A DNA stretch of 32,000 nucleotides from Candidatus Saccharimonadota bacterium (GCA_000503875.1 CP006913.1:90001-122000), one strand, 5' to 3'; numbered from the stretch's first letter, positions 9,506-20,491 are shown. Numbers and translations are program-made. Notes: a model not told the origin generated them from the sequence alone.

Positions 9506-11407
9506 ATGGCAAACGAAGATTCTTTATTACACAAACAACGCCACTCATTGGCGCATATTATGGTGCAAGCGCAACAAAGATTGCTTGATCCAGAATTGAT
9601 TCTGGGAGTAGGGCCAGCTATTGATAATGGATTTTATCATGATTTTTTGTGGTCAGACAAGGCAGATCAGGAACTCATAAAAACTGAGGAATCTATTATG
9701 AAAACAACAATCAAAGAGATGCAAAAGATCGTAAAAGAAAATCAGGATTTTGTCTATTTGGAAATGCCTGCCAAAGATGCGCAAGAGATGCTTAAATTAT
9801 TAGGACAACCATATACTCTTGAACTCTGTAATGACTTGATTGTATGATGAGAAACTGTGTTGGGTGTTTATATCAATACGGTTAATGCACAAGCTGTAGA
9901 AAGAATGCTTGCTCATACTAAGCCAGAATATCTTGCAAAATATAAAAATATCACAGAATGGTTTACAAAACATTATCCTGCGTCAATCGAATGAAAATTC
10001 GTAACTTTTGCAAATATGTGTAAATGACCTCATGTAGAGAATACAAAAGAAATCAATCCAGATTCTTTTACTCTAGAAAAATTAGCATGAGCATACCGAA
10101 AATGAGATTCAGATAATATTATGATGACGAGAATTTATGGATTAGTTTTTGAATCCAAAGATGAACTCAAGGCTTACCAAACTATGATGGAAGAAGCAAA
10201 AAAACGTGATCACAGAATACTCGGTGCAAAACTCAAAATATTCACGTTATCTCCATTAGTTTGAGCTGGTCTTCCACTTTTGCAACCAAATGGAATGCTT
10301 ATTAGAAAAGAAGTAGAGGATTATCTCTGGGAACTTCACAAAGATAAAGGATATCAAAGAGTATGGACTCCGCATTTGGCTAAAGAAGATCTATATAAAA
10401 CATCTGGTCATGCAGAAAAGTTTGGAGATGAATTATTTAGAGTACAAGGAAAGGAAGAAAAGTTTATTATGAAACCAATGAACTGTCCACATCATATGCA
10501 GATTTTTGCAGATAATCAATTCTCTTATCGTGATATGCCCGTAAGATATTTTGAACCAGCTACGGTTTATAGAGATGAAAAATCAGGGCAACTTTCAGGG
10601 TTAACAAGAGTAAGAGCTATTACGCAAGATGACGGACATTTATTCTGTCGTGCAAGCCAAATTGGAGAAGAAGTAGGATCAATTGTGAATATTATCAAAG
10701 AATTTTACTCAACATTGGGTATGATCAATGATTACCGAGTTAGACTTTCTATTAGAGGTCCAGAAGGAAAATATCTAGGATCAGATGAAGTTTGGGTACA
10801 AGCAGAAGAAGCATTGAGAAAAGCTTCAGAAGAAAATGAATTACCATTTAGAGTAGGAGTAGGTGAAGCTGCTTTCTATGGTCCAAAACTTGATTTTATG
10901 TTCAAGGATGCAATTGGAAGAGAATGGCAACTAGCAACTATTCAATGTGATTTCAATTTACCAGAAAGATTTGATTTGAGTTTCGTAAACGAGCAAGGAG
11001 AAAAAGAAAGACCAGTAGTTATCCATAGAGCAATCTCAGGATCATTAGAAAGATTTATGGGAGTTATGATAGAACATTTTTCTGGTGCATTCCCATTGTG
11101 GTTGGCTCCGGTACAAATCCAAATCGTTCCCGTTGCAGAAAAATTCAACGACTATGCATTTGATCTTAGATCACAAATATACAAAGCAGGACTTAGAATT
11201 CGCGTAGATGACGGTGATGATAGCTTCTCAAAGAAGATTAGAAATGCAGAACTTATGAAAGTGCCATATATGCTCATTGTAGGAGAAAAAGAAGAATCTG
11301 ATAATTCAGTCAGCGTTAGAGTCTACAAAACCAAGGAACAATTGACGATGTCTGTTACTGATTTTATTGCTGAGAAAGTTAAGGAATATAAGGAAAGAAG
11401 TTTATAA
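9506..11407 (+). CDS. thrS: Threonine--tRNA ligase lacking the N-terminal TGS domain
   Basis: 633 aa with TGA=Gly. It starts directly at the editing/SAD domain (MANEDSLLHKQRHSLAHIMVQA, HxxxH). Further motifs: FANMCK(G)PHV and class II core motifs (MNCPHHMQIF, FRVGVGEAAFYGPKLD, HRAISGSLERF). Track ORF 10280..11407 is the UGA-free C-terminal 375 codons. Confidence 0.92.
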
Positions 11408-11412
11408 GAAAT

Positions 11413-11447
11413 AAAAAAAGGGAGGCGTTACGCCTCCCTTTTTGTTT
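11413..11447. terminator. Bidirectional intrinsic terminator between thrS and the convergent 11456..11782 gene
   Basis: AAAAAAA-GGGAGGCG-tta-CGCCTCCC-TTTTTGTTT: a perfect 8-bp GC-rich stem flanked by an A-run and a T-run. Confidence 0.8.
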
Positions 11448-11455
11448 AATTTTTT

Positions 11456-11782
11456 TTATTGGAAATATCCAATAAAATCAGGTTTCCTTGTTCCATTTCG
11501 TATAGACTCGAGAAATGCTTCAGCTTGTTGGGGTATCATATCTTGAGATACAATATTGTTGTCTTTGAGATATTTTTTCGATGATCTCTCTATTTGTTTT
11601 TGGACAACAAGCTTTTCAACATCTGATAAATTTTGATCTATTTTTTTACCAGAAATTTGTGCAAAACGGATCTTTCCTAATTTGACATTTTTTTGAGTAT
11701 CGTCTAGATGAGTAAGTGTTAATGTAACACGACCATCAGCATCAATAGAGCCTTTTACTGTTTTTACTTTTAATGTATTCAT
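11456..11782 (-). CDS. Hypothetical protein (108 aa), no recognisable family
   Basis: Uninterrupted ORF with ATG and TAA. It is followed by the bidirectional terminator. I recognised no motif. Confidence 0.55.
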   Translation of the reverse strand: MNTLKVKTVKGSIDADGRVTLTLTHLDDTQKNVKLGKIRFAQISGKKIDQNLSDVEKLVVQKQIERSSKKYLKDNNIVSQDMIPQQAEAFLESIRNGTRKPDFIGYFQ

Positions 11783-11914
11783 ATAGGTTTTTTTGTATTT
11801 TAGCTGAGTTTATATATTTTCTCTCTAAAAACAAGATATCTATTGCGTTTTAGTGCAAAATATGTATAGAGTTTCTTACAAATAAAACCAATACTAACCT
11901 AAAACATAAACTAT

Positions 11915-12496
11915 ATGACACTATTTGGAATCATCTTTTGGTCGCTTATTATAAGCGTAATTGTTGTCTATATCGTGTACGAATATAAACAAACACAAAA
12001 AAAGAAAAAAGCAGCAGAAGCTGAAAAACAAAAAAAGGAAGAGATAAATAAAATATTACTAACGTACAATAAACGTTACACCTCTCTCAAAAACGAATTA
12101 ACAAAATTTGGTGAAAAAAAACAAACAGATAAGGCAAGGCAATTGCTCGATGATACTTATACAAAGTATTATAGAAAATTCGATCGTGATTCTATTTTAT
12201 ACGATATTAGTCGTTTAGAAAAAGAACTCATTGTTCTCGAAAACAGTTGTAAAGTTTACCGAGAAAAATCTCTTTTCAAACAAGAACAAGCGCTTATCTT
12301 TACTGCCTTATTAGAACAATTACAACAAGAAATTTCAATATGTGAACGATTGTCACTCTCTGAGGAACAAAGAAAAGTTTTATCTACTGTCAAAAATCGT
12401 TTAAAAGTAGACACAAATAAAGCTGATAAATACCCACAAGAAGCAATCCGAAGAACACAAAGTTCTTTAAGAAAGCTCCAACCATTAATAAAGTAA
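11915..12496 (+). CDS. Hypothetical N-terminally anchored coiled-coil protein (193 aa)
   Basis: N-terminal hydrophobic helix MTLFGIIFWSLIISVIVVYIVY, then a K/E-rich heptad-like sequence. ATG and TAA present, with a terminator just downstream. Confidence 0.6.
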   Translation: MTLFGIIFWSLIISVIVVYIVYEYKQTQKKKKAAEAEKQKKEEINKILLTYNKRYTSLKNELTKFGEKKQTDKARQLLDDTYTKYYRKFDRDSILYDISRLEKELIVLENSCKVYREKSLFKQEQALIFTALLEQLQQEISICERLSLSEEQRKVLSTVKNRLKVDTNKADKYPQEAIRRTQSSLRKLQPLIK

Positions 12497-12503
12497 TCTA
12501 TGG

Positions 12504-12530
12504 AATCCCCGTAACCCGGGGATTTTTTTA
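12504..12530 (+). terminator. Intrinsic terminator
   Basis: AATCCCCG-taacc-CGGGGATT followed by TTTTTTT. Confidence 0.75.
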
Positions 12531-12587
12531 TATTGAGATTCTCTTAGCTTTTCATACTATACAAACAATTAATTCTGACTATTTCTT

Positions 12588-13229
12588 ATGCCAAAACTGT
12601 TTTATAAAACAATAACTCAACAATCAACATACGAAATTCCAAAGATCAAGGGATCTAGATTTTTCGCTACATTATTTCCTATTGAAAGCAAGGAACAAGC
12701 AGAGGAATATCTTGTTCAGATAAAGAAGCAATATCACGATGCCACCCATAATTGTTCAGCGTACAAAGTAGGCGTGAATCTTCATTACGATCTCTTCGGT
12801 ACAGCAATTATTGATCCCGCGTATAAGAAAGTAAACGATGATGGTGAGCCTGCAAACACCGCTGGCAAACCTATTCTCTCCGTCCTCGACGGTGCAGGTT
12901 TGCAAAACATTCTCTGTGTAGTTACCAGATATTTCGGTGGAACTCTCCTGGGAGTGGGAGGGCTCATTCAATCATATTCCCATACTGCCAAAGAATCTCT
13001 CTCCCACTCCCAGCTCGTGGACAAAGAGATCACCTCGCAAGTTTCACTTGCATACGATTATGACCAAGTTTCCCTTGTCCAACACCTTTTTTCCAAATAT
13101 GATGCAAAAGTTATTAGTGATTCATACGACCAAAATATCAAACAAATCGTTGAAATAAATATCTGATTTATTAATGATTTCAAAAAAGAACTCAGTGAAA
13201 AGAGTAATGGGAAAATTAATATAAAATAA
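12588..13229 (+). CDS. yigZ: IMPACT/YigZ-family protein
   Basis: YEIPKIKGSRFFATLFP...HDATHNCSAYKVG...DDGEPANTAGKPIL...VVTRYFGGTLLGVGGLIQSY is the characteristic UPF0029/IMPACT N-domain. Track ORF 12588..13166 extends through TGA 13164-13166 to TAA 13227-13229. Confidence 0.8.
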
Positions 13230-13243
13230 TTTATAACAAAAAA

Positions 13244-13371
13244 GGTGAGCGTTTACATTTTTAGGTAAGAAAATACATGGAGTCGAATTTGTTTGTGTTT
13301 TCTACCGTTAAGAAAATGTAACAGCTCACGAGGGGTTTTGGTTACTTTTTGACCTGGAAGCAAAAAGTAAC
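13244..13371 (+). repeat. Two-hairpin repeat element, copy 2 (128 nt; same as 928..1014 but with a 42-nt insertion in the hairpin-1 loop)
   Basis: ggtgagcgtttacatttttaggt[aagaaaatacatggagtcgaatttgtttgtgttttctaccgt]taagaaaatgtaacagctcacgaggggttttggttactttttgacctggaagcaaaaagtaac. The bracketed part is absent from copy 1. The element lies between the convergent yigZ and MFS genes, in sense orientation downstream of yigZ. Confidence 0.6.
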
Positions 13372-13406
13372 ATTAAAAAAATGTTATAAATTATTGATCT
13401 ACTTAT

Positions 13407-14582
13407 CTATTCTTTCGCAATAACATGACGAATTTTCGTCATTACCAAGAAAATACTTCAACAAACAATAATAGCGGAAACCATAAAAATAGAGATATTA
13501 TGATCCAAGAGGAATCCTCCGAGAAGCGGTCCTACAAACATAGACATAGATTGTACAGAGGACATTACTCCCATAAGTTGTCCTTTAGCATTTGGATCTG
13601 CGTGTTCCATAATTTCTGACGAATAGATAGGTTGAATAAGAGATTGAAGAGGAACTAATAATACAAAGAGAGAAATAAACCAAGGCAATGGATGTACAAT
13701 AGACATCAAAATAAAAACAACCAATACACCGAAATTGAGAATATATAATAATTGTTTAAGTGAAAACTTTTTAAGCCAGAATCTTTTTAATAAGAAAACT
13801 TGATTAAGAACCATAATTATCCCAGTTCCAGCCATTAGGTATCAACTGAAAGATCCCGATACTCCGTATTCTTTTGTGAGATATAGCGAGAGAAGTGATT
13901 GGTAAAGTGCAAACCCAGTAAGGAGAATAAAAAATGAAACAATAAAGGAATTGACAACTGGTTTTCTGATATAGGTAATAATTTGTTTAATCGGATTATA
14001 AATTATTTTTTTGGTTACTTGATGGAGATTGGTTTCGCTATAGGCAAATATAATAACAAAAATTTCTATCAGAGAAAGCGCTGCCATAAACCAATACGGA
14101 ACCATTACTCCAAAATGAAGTAAAGCCGCTCCTGTCAAAGGTCCAACGATAAATGCACTGCCAAATAAGGCACCAAGCATTCCCATATTTGCACTACGTT
14201 CTTGTTTTGTAGGAGAAATATCGGCTATGATAGCTTGCAAAACACTAATATTCCCACCAGTCAATCCGTTGATAATTCTTCCAATAAGAAAGAAAATAAA
14301 AACTGGACTAATAGCGATCATAAACGCAGAAAGAAACGATCCAATCACACAGACGATCAATACTTTTTTTCTTCCAATCACATCAGAAATTTGTCAAAGA
14401 ATAGGTGCTGCCAAAAAAGCGGCTAAGGCATATCCAGTGATACCATACGAAATAAGATGTGCAGATACTCAGTAATGAGCAGCTAAATCAGGAAGAGTAG
14501 GAATAACAATTCCAATTCCCAAAATATCCAAAAATCAGACTAACAAAATAATAAATTTACTTTTATTTATATTTTTAGACAT
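13407..14582 (-). CDS. MFS transporter (drug:H+ antiporter/Tet-like)
   Basis: 391 aa with TGA=Gly. MSKNINKSKFIILLV(G)FLDILGIGIVIPTLP...L(G)QISDVIGRKKVL carries MFS motif A. Track ORFs 13842..14381 and 13458..13835 are in frame. TAG at 13407-13409. Confidence 0.85.
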
Positions 14583-14609
14583 GTATACATTTCATTATCT
14601 ATAAATTTG

Positions 14610-15824
14610 TTATTCGTATCTCAAAGCATCAATAGGTTTTAACTTAGCTGCTTTATATGCTGGGTAAATTCCAAATCCAATTCCCACTGCAGTAGCAAAA
14701 CTAAATGCCATCAAAATAGATTGGATCGTAATAATTCCTTGTACTAAACTTTGAATAGCTCGAATAGTAATATAACTTAATCAGATTCCAATTAGTCCTC
14801 CCAAAATACATAAAGCTACTGATTCGCTAAGAAATTGAAAGATAATATCTCTAGTTTGTGCGCCTATTGCTTTACGGATTCCAATTTCTCTTGTCCTTTC
14901 AGTAACGGAAACAAGCATAATATTCATAACACCAATTCCACCTACTACAAGTGAGATCATAGCAATAGCACCCAAAAACATTTTCATAGTATTTGTGATT
15001 GAACTTATAGTATCAAGAGCATCAGCCTGATTAGATATGGTGAAATTTGCATCATCACTATTTGTTATTCCAAAATGTTCGAGCAAGACTTCTTCCATAT
15101 TAGCTTTTACACTATCAATAACTTCTGTACTTGCTGCAGAAACACCTATACTAGAGAGATATTTTGTCCCAAACAACCTCCTCTGTGCTGAGGAAATCGG
15201 TACAAAAACTGTTGAATCAGCATTTCAGAAACTTTGTGTTCCTTTAGATTCCATTACACCAATTACGGTGAGCACATTTCTTCCAATATGAATATCTTTA
15301 CCAATAGGATTTTCATTGCCAAATAATTCTGTAGCAGTGGTTGCTCATAAGACAGCAACTTTATCTATATTATCAACATTACTTTGAGTAATAAAAGATC
15401 ACTTTTCAACAACACTATTACGTACTTCTAAATATCATGGAGTGACTCCATAAATACTTGCTTGCATATTATTTGAAAGATATACAATTTGTTGTCTATT
15501 GCTATATTCGGGTGAAACAGCTTTTATATTTGGTAACATCGCTATTAAATCTGATTCTTCCAATGTTAAAACATTTTGAGAGCTCATTCATCATGCAGAT
15601 CATCTGACATTACTTTGTTGATCCCCACCCGGTGTTACGGTAAGAAGATTTGTACCCAATGCTTCTACATTAGAAAGAATACTTTGCTCTGCTCATTGTC
15701 CAACAGCGATCAAAACAACAACAGAAAAAATTCCTATAATAATTCATAAGCTACTGAGTCATGATCTAAGTTTATTTGATTTGAGTGCAGATACGGCATT
15801 CTTTATATAATCTCGAAGTGACAT
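14610..15824 (-). CDS. ABC transporter permease, MacB/FtsX family
   Basis: 404 aa with TGA=Gly. N-terminus [21 protein letters not shown](G)LSSL(G)IIIGIFSVV, a large extracytoplasmic loop, and an FtsX C-terminus ([17 protein letters not shown]...[18 protein letters not shown]). Confidence 0.85.
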
Positions 15825-15847
15825 AGTGAATTATTAATTATAAATTG

Positions 15848-16528
15848 TTATCTATTTTTTTTCATTTTTTCAATCATTCCATCTTTGATATGAATAGTAT
15901 GTTTTGCATATTCGGCAATCTCAGATGCATGAGTAATCAATACAACGGTTTTTCCTTCATTATTTAGTTCTGTAAAAATATCAAGAATATCCTTACCTGT
16001 TTTAGAATCCAAGGCTCATGTTGGTTCATCAGCTAAAATTAGTGTTGGTTCTGTAACAATAGCGCGAGCAATAGCTACTCTTTGCTGTTGTCAACCAGAG
16101 AGTTCATTCGGCATGCTTTGTAGTTTTTCCAGTAATCATACCTTTTTCAATGCATGTATAGCGCGTTGTTCTCTCTCTCCTTTATTAATTCCCTGGTATG
16201 CTAATGGAAGCATTACTTGATCAAGTACAGACATCCTAGGAATGAGATTATATCATTGAAAAACAAATCAGATTTTTTTTCAACGAACCTGTGCCTTTTC
16301 ATTTTCCGTAAGGTTTTCTAACTTCTTTCCATCGAGAATATATTCTCCACTTGTATGAATATCTAACAATCAAATAATATTCATTAGTGTAGATTTTCCT
16401 GATCATGAAGGTCCCATAATGGCGAAAAAGTCCCCGTCATTGATAGTTAAATCTATTCAACATAATGCACGTGTGATTAAAATTTCTTCATTCATATAAT
16501 CTTTGATTATTTTTTTGAGTTCTATCAT
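15848..16528 (-). CDS. ABC transporter ATP-binding protein (MacB/LolD-type)
   Basis: 226 aa. Walker A GPS(G)SGKST with TGA at 16403-16405, Q-loop FVFQ, signature LSGGQQQRVAIARA, Walker B LILADEPT(G)ALD, and H-loop ITH. Confidence 0.92.
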
Positions 16529-16559
16529 TTGTACAACCAGAAATAAATATTAGTATATT

Positions 16560-18410
16560 TTAATTACGAGGGAATCATCAACCGCCTCATCAAACTCAAA
16601 GTCATCTCATTGATGACATTCCTTCTTGAGCTGGAAAATTTGTTCATGTTGATTTACTGTTTGATGATCAAGATACTGTCTTATATTCATCTAATAAAAT
16701 AGTTTCTCATAAATTAAGTCAACTAGTAACTTCAGTATTGAATGTATCATGTATTCCTATTTCAATTGGTTTCATAGTAGAATTTCAGTTTTTTATAATT
16801 TGTACAACAGATCTTTGTCCTCTTGTTTGTATAGCAGTTGTTGGGATAATCATAACATTTTTTGCTTGTTCAGTAATAATTTCAATATTTACTGTCATAC
16901 TATCATAAATCTTTTTTTCTCCTTTTTCCATATTGATAATAGCAGTATAAGAAACAACTCACGCACTTGTTGTTGGGGTCGGATCAATATTGGATATTTC
17001 TCATGTTACTGAATATCATGGATATGCATCAAAAGTAATATTAGCAATTTGTCATTTTTCAATTTTTACAATATCTACTTGATCAATTAACATATGTATT
17101 TCATAAAAATTTGGATTAGAAATAGTTATTCATTCTTCAGAGATAGTATTACTAGAAATATTGTCTCCAACTTTAAATGTAACCATATCTATACTTCAAT
17201 CGAAAGGAGCCCTAATTTCATAATTTTCTTTTTGTTCTACGAGTTTAGAAAGAGAAATTTCTCATTGTTTAATATTGTTTTCTTGAAGAATTTTGTCTTC
17301 ATAAGATAATCATTCAATCATTTCTTGTAACGTTTCTTTATATATCGCTACTTGTGTTTCATAGTTTTTTATTTCATTTTGTTTGTTTAAAATATCAATC
17401 TCACTAGATTTTATTGAGTTTATATTGTTGTTTGATGAAGAAATGTAAGAGAGTGCTTTTGTATTTCCATTGTTTATAGTAGAAACTCGACTATCTATTT
17501 GACTTTGATTTAATCCTCAACAAAGCGGAGTTGCTTTAGCTGCAATTAGTGCATGATCAAACATCGTAGATAAATCTGTTAATAAATCTTTGTTCGCATT
17601 CTGTAAATTTTGTAAAATTGTGGATGTTGTAGTTGATGAATTTTCTATATTTTGAATTGTCTTTTCTATTGTTATTAGTTTTGAAGAAGCTAGATTATAA
17701 GATGTTTCAGCACGGCCTTTTTCTAGAGGATCATTTTCGGATATACAATATGAAATATTATCATAAGCATAACTTCAAATACCAGAAAACCAAAAAATTT
17801 TATCAACAGAATCTAGCATGCCTTTTATATCAATAACCATAGTTTTTGAAGAGATCAAAAGTGATTGAATCCACATATCACTCGTTTGCAATGAATCTCA
17901 TTGGTTTGTTGTCATATCTTGAAGATCCTTTTTTGCAATACTCAGTTTTAATAAAGAATCATTTATATTTTGTTGCGCTTTTAATAGATCTACTTCGGAA
18001 TATTGATTCAAAACTTTCTGGTAACTTATTTTTGTACTCTGTAAACTAAGAGATTGTTGTGCTATATTTTTTTGTAAATCTCATTTATCTATTTCTGCAA
18101 GAAGTTGATTTTTTTTTACAATATCTCATTCTTTTACATAAAGCGCTTTAATAGTTCCTGCATAAGCGAAAGTCAAAGTTTGCTGATTAGTGATTTTGGT
18201 ATCGCCCAATACTTTAACGGAGTTCTCAATAGATCAAGTGGTAACTATATATGTTTTTTGTGTTTTAATTTCGTTTGTTGATGATCAAGAAAAAGAATAT
18301 ATTAATATTCACAAGATTAAAACCAATCAGATTAAACTATACCACTTATGATATTCTAAAAAGGCCCAGATTTTATGTGCTTTGTGTAAAATTTCTTTTT
18401 TAAAATCCAT
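16560..18410 (-). CDS. HlyD/MacA/YknX-like efflux adaptor subunit with an unusually long coiled-coil/low-complexity middle (616 aa)
   Basis: N-terminal TM segment, then GTIKALYVKE(G)DIVKKNQLLAEID (lipoyl-like), a long Q/N/S/K-rich helical region, IRAPFD(G)SI, beta-barrel-like segments, and a Gly-rich tail. No standard-code ORF exists because of about 25 in-frame TGA. ATG at 18408-18410, TAA at 16560-16562. Confidence 0.7.
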
Positions 18411-18458
18411 CGTTTTATATAGTAAGTAAAAATTATTGTACGCATTATATTGATTGTG

Positions 18459-18506
18459 TGTAAGAATTATGTAAAAAAAGAAAAAGATTCTTACAAAGAA
18501 CTTACA
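18459..18506. promoter_or_regulatory. Candidate response-regulator operator: four TGTAA(G/A) half-sites
   Basis: TGTAAG (18459) and TGTAAA (18470) lie on the plus strand 11 bp apart. CTTACA (18490) and CTTACA (18501), which are TGTAAG on the minus strand, are also 11 bp apart. TGTAAGAAT / ATTCTTACA form a 9-bp inverted repeat. The site lies in the 139-bp divergent region between the efflux operon and the TCS. Confidence 0.35.
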
Positions 18507-18549
18507 TGAAATAAATATACTGCTTGCGTTTATTATTAACTAAGTATAA

Positions 18550-19206
18550 ATGAAAGTATTTCTTTTGGAAGATAACGTTCCATTGGCAAAAAACATCCAA
18601 GAATATCTCAAACTCAAAGGAATAAAAGTAGATATTGATTTTGATGGAGAAAGGGGATTAGAAAAAATTCAGACTACTCATTACGATGCGCTTATTCTTG
18701 ATATAAATCTTCCTCACAAAGATGGAATTACTATTTGTAAAGAACTTAGAACCGCAGGAAATACCTTACCTATTCTTATGCTTACTTCGAGAAACACTTC
18801 GAAAGACGTTATTGTCGGTTTGGATGCGGGAGCGGATGATTACCTGGGCAAGCCATTTGACATGGAAGAACTTATCTCCCGCATCCACGCACTCACGAGA
18901 AGAAATTCATGCAACAAAGAACAACTTGTTACCATAAAAAACGTGACCGTAAACGTACCGCAAAGGACAGTCGAAAGAAGTTGAAAACCAGTTCCTTTAT
19001 CAACATTGGAATTTGATTTACTCAAATATTTGCTTCAAAATAGAGGAATTCCTGTGGATAGAAAAACATTATTTGAAGAGGTTCGAGGCGATTTTGATGA
19101 TCATATGTTTTCGAGAAGTGTAGATGTCTATATAGGGTACCTACGCAAAAAACTCGGCAAAACATTTATAGAAACCAAAAAATGATTTGGATATCTGATT
19201 AAGTAA
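18550..19206 (+). CDS. OmpR/PhoB-family response regulator
   Basis: Receiver domain (LLEDN...DALILDINLPHKDG...LMLTSR...GADDYLGKPF) plus a winged-helix C-terminus (LTLEFDLLKYLLQN...VDVYIGYLRKKL). Two in-frame TGA. TAA at 19204-19206. Confidence 0.9.
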
Positions 19207-19228
19207 TTTTACTCTGTAAAATTAAAAA

Positions 19229-20452
19229 ATGCACATCACCAATCAAGAACAACTCAAGAGACAAAAAAGAAAACTGAGTATCTTATTTACTATTATTCTT
19301 TTTGCTGTTGTAACAGGTTTGCAAATTATTTTCTTGATGGGAAGATATATTGATTATTCCAATAGAGAAATTCAGAGTTTAGAAAATGAGGTATTTCCAA
19401 GACATAAACAGATGCAAAATATAATGACAGAAAATATGCCTCCAATGCCTATGTTTGGCAAAGAAGGGAGAGGACGAAGACTTAAATGAGGAAATGTTAT
19501 CTTATATAATCATGCTCAAAATAATATAGTTGCCTCGTCTTTGTGAGATGAAGAACTTACAAATGAATTGGTGCAAGAGCTTTTGAAACAACCATCAAAT
19601 CAATGAAGTCTTTTCTATAATAAAAGCAGATTTCTGTTTGTCAAAGATGAAATATTGTCAGGTAATCAATCATTTTTTTTGATGCCCGTACAAATGGGCA
19701 TACCTGATATCGTTAGAGATATTTTGTTATTTATTTTGTTTTTTTGAGTGCTATCCATTTTGTTTTATCGTGTAATTTATTGGTTTGTGGGTAAGATATT
19801 TCTTCCTATTGAAGAAAATATCCAAGATATGGAACAATTTATTTTCAATGCAGGACATGAACTTAAAACGCCATTATCTGTTATTAAAAGTCATCTTCAA
19901 CTCGCATTAGCCAAAAAGCAATATCAAAAGCCTATAGATGAAAGCGTTAAAGAAATTGATAAAATGAATACATTGCTTGATGCATTAGTGAATATTTCTG
20001 TTATTCATCAAGAAACACAAAAAGAAACTATCGATATTTCACAAGAAGTTGAATATATTATTTCTCAATATAATCAGCATGCAAAGAAAAATAAAATTAT
20101 TGTAACTGTTGAAAACATTGATTCCTGTAACGTTATAGCAAATAGAGAACATCTTCACATGCTTGTTTCCAATCTTTTGTCCAATGCAATTAAATACAAT
20201 AAACCAGGAGGGAAAATACATATAACTATTGCTTCATGAGAATTACATATAAAAGATACAGGAGTAGGTATTTCAGCAAAAGATACAGAAAAAGTTTTTG
20301 ATAGATTTTATCAAGTAGGTAATGTAAGAAACCAAGAATGATTTGGAATAGGTCTTGCATTAGTAAAAAAAATTGTTGATATGTATGGATGGAAAATAGA
20401 ACTTATAAGTAAAGAAAATATAGGTACAACCTTTATAATCAGATTTATATAA
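19229..20452 (+). CDS. Sensor histidine kinase (HisKA + HATPase_c), two TM segments
   Basis: H-box FIFNAGHELKTPLSVI, N-box LLSNAIKYNKPGG, G1 IKDTGVGI, and G2 (G)FGIGLALV. Track ORFs 19229.. and 19748..20239 are in frame. TAA at 20450-20452. Confidence 0.87.
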
Positions 20453-20491
20453 ATTTTTACATCTCTCTTACATAGAATGATTATAATGAAG

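Noticed and set aside
928-13371. A composite transposon or invertible 12.4-kb segment bounded by the inverted copies of the two-hairpin element.
   Set aside because: The enclosed genes are core housekeeping (nrdDG, rel, thrS). I see no transposase, integrase or recombinase and no target-site duplication. The elements are more simply explained as gene-3' structured repeats. Homologous inversion between them remains possible but is not indicated.
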